This document shows positions 8,396 through 13,987 of a stretch of 13,987 nt of DNA, piece after piece (within the stretch, counting starts at the first letter, position 1; each line of letters starts with the position of its first letter). Below the pieces are notes generated by a model. The model made no database searches. It was not told the DNA's origin and was given only the letters and a program-made list of their open reading frames with translations. The translations under genes and the position numbers were made by a program. Source of the DNA: an uncultured bacterium (GTDB taxonomy: Bacteria; Babelota; Babeliae; Babelales; RVW-14); the NCBI GenBank assembly GCA_963759805.1, contig CAVXAT010000019.1, positions 1 to 13,987 on the forward strand, given 5' to 3'.

Positions 8396-8424
8396 TTTAA
8401 ACACGCGTATTTTTCTGTTAAGAT
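8396..8424 (+). promoter_or_regulatory. Putative sigma70 promoter upstream of the tRNA-fragment array
   Basis: TTTAAA (8396-8401), 17 bp spacer, TAAGAT (8419-8424), with a TGn extended -10. The first tRNA 5' end is 24 nt downstream. Confidence 0.45.
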
Positions 8425-8447
8425 CAAATATATCTTGAAAATTACTT

Positions 8448-9134
8448 GGAGACGTAGCTTCCAGCCTTCGCCCTTCCCACTCCGCTCAGGTAGCTCCGAG
8501 GGACAGGTCGTGGCTACGGCGGACAGGCAGTTGGTTATTGAAAACTTTTGGAGACGTAGCTTCCAGCCTTCGCCCTTCCCACTCCGCTCAGGTAGCTCCG
8601 AGGGACAGGTCGTGGCTACGGCGGACAGGCAGTTGGTTATTGAAAACTTTTGGAGACGTAGCTTCCAGCCTTCGCCCTACGTGGCTACGGCGGACAGGCA
8701 GTTGGTTATTGAAAACTTTTGGAGACGTAGCTTCCAGCCTTCGCCCTACGTGGCTACGGCGGACAGGCAGTTGGTTATTGAAAACTTTTGGAGACGTAGC
8801 TTCCAGCCTTCGCCCTACGTGGCTACGGCGGACAGGCAGTTGGTTATTGAAAACTTTTGGAGACGTAGCTTCCAGCCTTCGCCCTACGTGGCTACGGCGG
8901 ACAGGCAGTTGGTTATTGAAAACTTTTGGAGACGTAGCTTCCAGCCTTCGCCCTACGTGGCTACGGCGGACAGGCAGTTGGTTATTGAAAACTTTTGGAG
9001 ACGTAGCTTCCAGCCTTCGCCCTACGTGGCTACGGCGGACAGGCAGTTGGTTATTGAAAACTTTTGGAGACGTAGCTTCCAGCCTTCGCCCTACGTGGCT
9101 ACGGCGGACAGGCAGTTGGTTATTGAAAACTTTT
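8448..9134 (+). repeat. Tandem array of 9 interrupted tRNA-Val 5' fragments (2 x 102 bp + 7 x 69 bp)
   Basis: Unit = GGAGACGTAGCT [TCCAGCCTTCGCCCTACGTGGCTACGGCGGACAGG] CAGTTGGTTA TTGAAAACTTTT. Units start at 8448, 8550, 8652, 8721, 8790, 8859, 8928, 8997 and 9066. The first two have an extra 33-bp nested insert. Confidence 0.97.
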
Positions 9135-9208
9135 GGAGACGTAGCTCAGTTGGTTAGAGCACCCGCTTCACATGCGGGGGGTCGGAGGTTCGAGTCCTCT
9201 CGTCTCTA
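9135..9208 (+). tRNA. tRNA-Val(CAC), CCA not encoded
   Basis: Acceptor GGAGACG/CGTCTCT + A. D-arm GCTC-AGTTGGTTA-GAGC. Anticodon arm CCCGC-TT CAC AT-GCGGG (CAC 9169-9171). T-arm GGAGG-TTCGAGT-CCTCT. Confidence 0.96.
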
Positions 9209-9237
9209 TTGATTAAAATGCTAAATCAAACACATTA

Positions 9238-9310
9238 GTCGGAGGCCTGTGCTCCATAGCCACAAGCAACGCGAGGGCGACGGAGCATTCGAGTCCTCTC
9301 GTCTCTACCA
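9238..9310 (+). pseudogene. Duplicated tRNA-Val 3' fragment with CCA, interrupted in the T-arm by a 42-bp palindromic element
   Basis: GTCGGAGG (9238-9245) + CCTGTGCTCCATAGCCAC...GGGCGACGGAGCA (9246-9287) + TTCGAGTCCTCTCGTCTCTACCA (9288-9310). Confidence 0.92.
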
Positions 9311-9333
9311 GTTTGCGTTTATTTGAAATAATT

Positions 9334-9819
9334 TTAATCCATAGAATTCATAAGCTCCAGAACCTCTAACATTTTGAGCTTGTCTTCAATATCAGATTTT
9401 GAATTTATTATTTTTTTATCAATAACCTTTAATAATACGTAGCTGATAATAAATGTCAGTAGCCCGATATCAAATCCAAATGCGTTACACCCCCAGTGTG
9501 TCTTATAATCCCAATCCCACACGTGAACGGCACATGTATAAGCGTAGCTCCCCATACATGTGCCTAAAATCAATACACCTGCTACTAATTTTATTTCGTT
9601 CAATATTGCTTTTTTTGTTGATGGCGACAGTCTGTCTAATGCATCTTTTAAAGCAGCGTCAAACTCTACCCTCAAGTGTTCTTTTACCTCTTCTCTTGTG
9701 ACATTCTCGAAACTATCTAATTTTGCCGCACGAAGTCCACTTGTTAAAAAAACGCTATTTATAAATAAAATGTCGCTAATTTTAAAAACATATATCAATA
9801 CGTTTTTAAAAAATTTCAT
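9334..9819 (-). CDS. Hypothetical membrane protein
   Basis: 161-aa ORF immediately downstream of rsmA on the same strand, with a hydrophobic N-terminus and two probable TM segments. No family recognised. Confidence 0.7.
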   Translation of the reverse strand: MKFFKNVLIYVFKISDILFINSVFLTSGLRAAKLDSFENVTREEVKEHLRVEFDAALKDALDRLSPSTKKAILNEIKLVAGVLILGTCMGSYAYTCAVHVWDWDYKTHWGCNAFGFDIGLLTFIISYVLLKVIDKKIINSKSDIEDKLKMLEVLELMNSMD

Positions 9820-9835
9820 AATTTTATATCACATA

Positions 9836-10663
9836 TTACTCTGAAACAATCTCTTTCCATAAATTTATAAAATTATCAAACGACAACTGCTGAGCTCGCA
9901 ATGCGAGCAATTCCGGGGAAAGTTTTTGATTTGTAAAATATTTTGTTGTTTTCAAATTATTTTTAAGAGTCTGTCGTGGAGACCTGTAACATAATTTTAA
10001 AAAAGACCAAAACTCCGTTTCTTGCGGAATATCTTGTAAATCAAATTTTGGTTTAAAATAAATTGTACGCGAAAAGACTTTTGGAGCCGGAATAAATGAA
10101 CCGGGCGCAACCTTATCAAGCAATTTCCATTCGAAATGACGCTGTAGAAACATAGTAGCCGGAGAGAATTTTTTACCTCTAGTTGCAACAATTTTTTGTG
10201 CAACTTCTTCTTGCAGCATAACAACACCCTCTTGAAATAGATCTTTGCATTTTTGAATTTTGAATAAAATTGGAAATGTAATCTGATATGGCAAATTTGC
10301 AAGCAGAACAAGCGGCTTGTGTTTTTCAAGATCTTTAGTCAGATCAACAGTCAAAATATCTTGATTGTTAATTTTTAATCTGGGATCTTTGATCTTCTTA
10401 TTAACATAATCAATCCATTCAGAATCAATTTCGTACACAAATAGATTTTTGCACTTTGTTTGAAGCAAAATTGCAGAGGTCAAAAACCCATCGCCGCAAC
10501 CAATTTCAACAACAGAAGTCTCGTGCGATACGCTAACAGTATGAATCATTCGATCAACAACGGCTTGGTTGCGTAAAAAATGCTGCCCGTAGGCTTTCTT
10601 CTTGATCGGCAACTTTTCTAACTCTTCGGCTTCCAAGCGAAGCCGTTTACTTTTATATTCCAT
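9836..10663 (-). CDS. rsmA: 16S rRNA (adenine1518/1519-N6)-dimethyltransferase
   Basis: KKAYGQHFL, VEIGCGDGFLT, EID, ANLPYQIT, MLQEEVA, F.PAPKV.S, R..LKNNL, RAQQLS motifs of KsgA/RsmA. Confidence 0.96.
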   Translation of the reverse strand: MEYKSKRLRLEAEELEKLPIKKKAYGQHFLRNQAVVDRMIHTVSVSHETSVVEIGCGDGFLTSAILLQTKCKNLFVYEIDSEWIDYVNKKIKDPRLKINNQDILTVDLTKDLEKHKPLVLLANLPYQITFPILFKIQKCKDLFQEGVVMLQEEVAQKIVATRGKKFSPATMFLQRHFEWKLLDKVAPGSFIPAPKVFSRTIYFKPKFDLQDIPQETEFWSFLKLCYRSPRQTLKNNLKTTKYFTNQKLSPELLALRAQQLSFDNFINLWKEIVSE

Positions 10664-10688
10664 AGAGTCACTTATCTTAAAAGGAATG

Positions 10689-10800
10689 CTTATTAATTTA
10701 TGGATCCCGGCCGTCGCACTTGAAGTGCTATGGCGGACAGGCCTGAAACCCTCCTACGCCCTGCCGTGGCTTCGGCGAGGCAGGCAAGTTCAGGATGACA
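10689..10800. repeat. Composite nested palindromic element, rsmA upstream region
   Basis: Backbone TGGAT|CCTGAAA|CAAGTTCAGGATGACA (hairpin ATCCTGAA/TTCAGGAT) is split by two 36-bp inserts, 10706-10741 and 10749-10784, both ending in CAGG. Confidence 0.88.
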
Positions 10801-10993
10801 ACAGGAACATCATAGCAAAACCTCGCAGCTTTATACAGTTTTTGCCATTTTCCATACACTTGGCTAAAGCCGGATAAAAAAATATTATTTAAATACTTGT
10901 TTTCACTATATTAAATTTACTATTATTAATTTAGTATAGGAGTTTTAAAAAGTAGGTCGTAAAGTATTGGTGAGAAAAGGAGAAAGGGGAGAC

Positions 10994-12526
10994 GTGAATA
11001 GACAAGCAAGAGGCATACTCATTGTGTCGATCTGCACAGTGTTAGTTGCAAGCTCAAGTCTTTTCGGAGATAAACTCGAAGACTTTAAGTTGATTGAGGG
11101 AAAAGATCAAAATGCTAAAAAATTAGTACGCGGTGGCGGCGGTGGTCATGGCGGTGGGGGTGGCCATGGCGGCGGCGGTCACAGTTTTAGTGGTGGTCAT
11201 GGTGGGGGCAGAAGCTTTTCAGGTGGCCATGGAACAAGGTCTATGAAGTCTGGTAGCCGATCCTCAAAATCATCTGTACGATCTGGCGGTAAATCGTCAA
11301 CCAGATCAGTGAAATCAAGATCAAAAACCTCAAAATCATCTGTAAAAAGCCACGGAGCAAAGGGCAAAGGTACAAGGGGCGTATCAAAGGGTAAAGGCGG
11401 AAAAGGCGGTAAGGGTGGCAAGGGAATTGGTAAAGGCAAAGGCGGTAAGGGTGGCAAGGGAATTGGTAAAGGCAAAGGCGGTAAGGGTGGCAAGGGAATT
11501 GGTAAAGGCAAAGGCGGTAAAGGCGGCGGAAAAGGCGGCAACCGCGCAAATAAAATTGCACATCACCACGGGCACGGAGGCCACGGCGGAGGGCACCATG
11601 GACATCATGGGTATCACCATGGACACCATTGTCATGGTGGGTACTGGGGCGGCGGTTGGGGTTGCGCAGGCTGGTGGGGCGGTGCATATTTTGGATTTGG
11701 TGCATTGTATCCCTTCTGGTATCCAATGGATCCATTCTTCTGGGGGCCTTACTGGGTAACTCCTTGGCCATGGACTGCAGGCCTAGGTCTTCAATATTAC
11801 CCTGGTCCAGCATGGTGGTACATGAATGCATACAACTGTTGGGTATATCCATTTGCCGGACTTGGTTATGGTTTGATGTTTGCAAACCTCGGTTATTACT
11901 GGTATCCAAGAGCTGGCGTAAGCATTTATCTTGAAGTTCCAGAAGAAGAAGATGCGCCTAGCACGTATGTATACGTTGAAAACGAAAAGGATGAAGACCT
12001 GTACTATGCTTTATACCGCAAGGTCGATCGTAGCATTGACGATACAGAAGCCTCATACCTTATCAAGGTAAGTGCACCACACGTAATATCTACAAGAAAA
12101 GTAGTTAAGGTCTATCTCCCTGAAGATGTTTCAAAAGACAAAGAGTATGTGGTTGTTGCTCGTCGAAATGAATCTGAGTTAAGGAACAGCATGGATGAAG
12201 AGGGTAATAACATTAATCCAGATATCATTCAACAAATAAAGGAAGAAGATAAAGATCTTGCAAAAAGACATACTATGGAAATTGACGAACCATCTGAAAA
12301 AGAAGTTCAAGAGCTTAATAAAACTAAAGAGTCTGCTCGAGCAGATGAAGAAAAACTTGCAACTGCAGTTGAGAACATTGACAAGCAAGACAAGTCTGAA
12401 ATTCCAACAGTAGAACAACTTGAAAAGGAAACAGAACAGGCAAGAGAAGAAGGGACTGTTCATAAGAAACACAAAACAACACATGAAAGACCTGTAAAAA
12501 TGATTGAAGAAGTCGAAGTAGAATAA
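10994..12526 (+). CDS. Secreted low-complexity Gly/His/Ser/Lys-rich protein with aromatic-rich and acidic domains
   Basis: Long ORF (track start 10967). In-frame GTG at 10994 follows AAGGGGAG and precedes a signal-like hydrophobic stretch. No family recognised. Confidence 0.85.
   Translation: MNRQARGILIVSICTVLVASSSLFGDKLEDFKLIEGKDQNAKKLVRGGGGGHGGGGGHGGGGHSFSGGHGGGRSFSGGHGTRSMKSGSRSSKSSVRSGGKSSTRSVKSRSKTSKSSVKSHGAKGKGTRGVSKGKGGKGGKGGKGIGKGKGGKGGKGIGKGKGGKGGKGIGKGKGGKGGGKGGNRANKIAHHHGHGGHGGGHHGHHGYHHGHHCHGGYWGGGWGCAGWWGGAYFGFGALYPFWYPMDPFFWGPYWVTPWPWTAGLGLQYYPGPAWWYMNAYNCWVYPFAGLGYGLMFANLGYYWYPRAGVSIYLEVPEEEDAPSTYVYVENEKDEDLYYALYRKVDRSIDDTEASYLIKVSAPHVISTRKVVKVYLPEDVSKDKEYVVVARRNESELRNSMDEEGNNINPDIIQQIKEEDKDLAKRHTMEIDEPSEKEVQELNKTKESARADEEKLATAVENIDKQDKSEIPTVEQLEKETEQAREEGTVHKKHKTTHERPVKMIEEVEVE
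11405..11512 (+). repeat. 3 x 36-bp perfect tandem coding repeat (GGKGGKGIGKGK)
   Basis: GGCGGTAAGGGTGGCAAGGGAATTGGTAAAGGCAAA at 11405, 11441 and 11477. Confidence 0.95.
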
Positions 12527-12566
12527 AAAGAGGACACAAATCAGTAGGACAGAATAGATCAGTTTG

Positions 12567-12602
12567 AGTGGCATGCTTGAAAGAGCGTGCCACTTTCTTT
12601 TT
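12567..12602 (+). terminator. Rho-independent terminator
   Basis: AGTGGCATGCT-TGAAAG-AGCGTGCCACT stem followed by TTCTTTTT, about 40 nt after the stop at 12526. Confidence 0.85.
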
Positions 12603-12712
12603 CCCACCACTATATTTTAGGCTATAATAAAAATTGATTGAAATTAAGTTTCCGAAATGATATTTATTAAATAATTGATGATCATTGAGAGAATAAAAAA
12701 GGAATGGGGAAA

Positions 12713-13987
12713 ATGCAAAAATTTATGAAATCCATTTTCAAGCCTTTGCTTATCGGTTTGATTTTTGTTAGTGTGAGCTTATTTTTTACACCAAACTCAG
12801 AAACCGTATCTGCCGCTTCAACAACAGCATCCGCTCCGCTGGCAGGACTAGGAGCAACAACACTACCTCAACCGGCCGGTGTAGATCCGGATCTTGCCGT
12901 TTATAATGCATTAGTAACACTTGGAAACTCTGCATCAACAAATCCAACAGTATTTTCAGAACTAATGAGCTCAGTCTATAGTTTTTTGACAACCCCGGCA
13001 AAAGTATCCTCAACAGTCCCTGCGAAAAACATTGCATATCTAGCAAGTCCCTCCGGGGCGTGGTACATTGCCACTGCACCAAGTAACCAAGCTGCAACCA
13101 CAACCGCAAAGACCCAAGCGGACTTTGTCTCAGATTTAGCTGCAACTGCAAATCCACCATCAAACACCACAACTCCAGGGGCCCTAAATACTTTGATTAA
13201 TACTGCTGCTTACCAAAGCGGTTTCATTGACTACCCAAGCACAACCAATTCTGTTTACACTGCAATATTAAACTTCTTTAACATTACCACCAATAACGTA
13301 CCAAGCGGCCCAATTGTAACCGGTCAAGCATTAACCGACTTACAAACATTATTAACCAACCCAAAATTAAACAACTTTCTCAACTCAACCACCGGTGGTC
13401 TTAATGATCAATCAGGACAAACAACCTCAGAACAAGCAACCATTGCAGCCTTACTGCCTCAAGTTAATACTGCTGTAAGTTTTTCTAAGGCCTTGGCTAA
13501 TTTACCAAGCCCTATAACTCCGAGTGCCTTAAATAAAATTGTTAACTACACCAGCACCGATCCCAAAATTCAAACTTATAACACCGTGACTTATTTGGTT
13601 GATTTCCCGGCCGCAAATAGTACTGCAAATAATACTATTACTCTTTACACTATCATAGAAAGCTTCTTTACCAATTACATTCCAAATGTAACAGGCATAA
13701 CCAATGCACAAAATACTAGCGGCAGAACAGATTTAACAGATTTACAAACTTTGTTAAGTAATCCAAATTTGAATAATTTACTAAGCTCATCAGAACAAAT
13801 TTCGGTTGGGAGTTTACTTCTTCAAGTTACTATTGCAATACAGAGCACACAGGAACAGATACAGCAACAGACAAATGCTTTTGCTGCCTCTTTGGCAGCA
13901 GCCCTAACCCCACAGGCAGGAGTCGCAATCCCCGGCGCGTTAAATACCTTAGTTTCCAGCACCACCGGTGCACCTTATTTGTTTGAT
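12713..13987 (+). CDS. Large secreted Thr/Ser/Asn/Ala-rich repetitive (surface-like) protein, 3' truncated by window
   Basis: Manual translation is open for 425 codons to the window end: MQKFMKSIFKPLLIGLIFVSVSLFFTPNSETVSAAST... It has a signal peptide and internal repeats (PGALNTL/PSALNKI/PGALNTL; LTDLQTLL.NP.LNN.L twice). Absent from the ORF track because no stop falls in the window. Alternative in-frame ATGs at 12704 and 12725. Confidence 0.88.
   Translation, partial: MQKFMKSIFKPLLIGLIFVSVSLFFTPNSETVSAASTTASAPLAGLGATTLPQPAGVDPDLAVYNALVTLGNSASTNPTVFSELMSSVYSFLTTPAKVSSTVPAKNIAYLASPSGAWYIATAPSNQAATTTAKTQADFVSDLAATANPPSNTTTPGALNTLINTAAYQSGFIDYPSTTNSVYTAILNFFNITTNNVPSGPIVTGQALTDLQTLLTNPKLNNFLNSTTGGLNDQSGQTTSEQATIAALLPQVNTAVSFSKALANLPSPITPSALNKIVNYTSTDPKIQTYNTVTYLVDFPAANSTANNTITLYTIIESFFTNYIPNVTGITNAQNTSGRTDLTDLQTLLSNPNLNNLLSSSEQISVGSLLLQVTIAIQSTQEQIQQQTNAFAASLAAALTPQAGVAIPGALNTLVSSTTGAPYLFD

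Noticed and set aside
8448..9134. CRISPR array
   Set aside because: No unique spacers: units are identical apart from one nested insert. The constant part is tRNA sequence and there are no cas genes in the window.
8435..9212. ORFs 8435..9157 and 8538..9212 as repeat proteins
   Set aside because: They are open only because the 69- and 102-bp units are multiples of 3. Both start at TTG with no clear RBS and overlap the tRNA.
8460..9287. Inserts as tRNA introns or a split/permuted tRNA
   Set aside because: An intact tRNA is present. The 5' and 3' fragments together lack the anticodon arm, and the same inserts occur in non-tRNA DNA.
9209..9287. Intact integrative element between attL and attR
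   Set aside because: Only about 30 bp of unique DNA separates the tRNA from its 3' duplicate, and there is no integrase.
10602..10877. 91-aa + strand ORF
   Set aside because: It overlaps rsmA antisense and runs through the palindromic composite element, with no recognisable protein features.
11197..11934. Pro-rich and other alternative-frame ORFs
   Set aside because: They are antisense or off-frame shadows of the Gly-rich coding sequence.
12786..13711. Minus-strand ORFs 12786..13172, 12976..13170, 13529..13711
   Set aside because: They are antisense to the long + strand gene starting at 12713.

Overview
AT-rich bacterial window, most consistent (inference) with an intracellular protist parasite such as Ca. 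Dependentiae/Babelota (TM6). Positions 1-4172 hold four tandem paralogous WD40 genes. Two are frameshifted and two are intact, and their near-identical 123-bp repeats vary at a few codons. The intact copies start with a signal peptide followed by a VHL/BC-box-like motif. A housekeeping block follows (eno, yajC, comEC, family-4 uracil-DNA glycosylase, tRNA-Val(CAC), a hypothetical gene, rsmA), then a Gly/His/Lys-rich low-complexity secreted protein and the start of a large repetitive surface protein that the ORF track misses. The most unusual structure surrounds the tRNA-Val gene. Upstream are nine tandem copies of its own 5' end, each split in the D-arm by a small palindromic element. Downstream is a copy of its 3' end, carrying the only CCA and split in the T-arm by the same element family in the opposite orientation. 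Related REP/RPE-like hairpin elements, often nested inside each other, also occur in two intergenic regions and in-frame inside comEC and udg.
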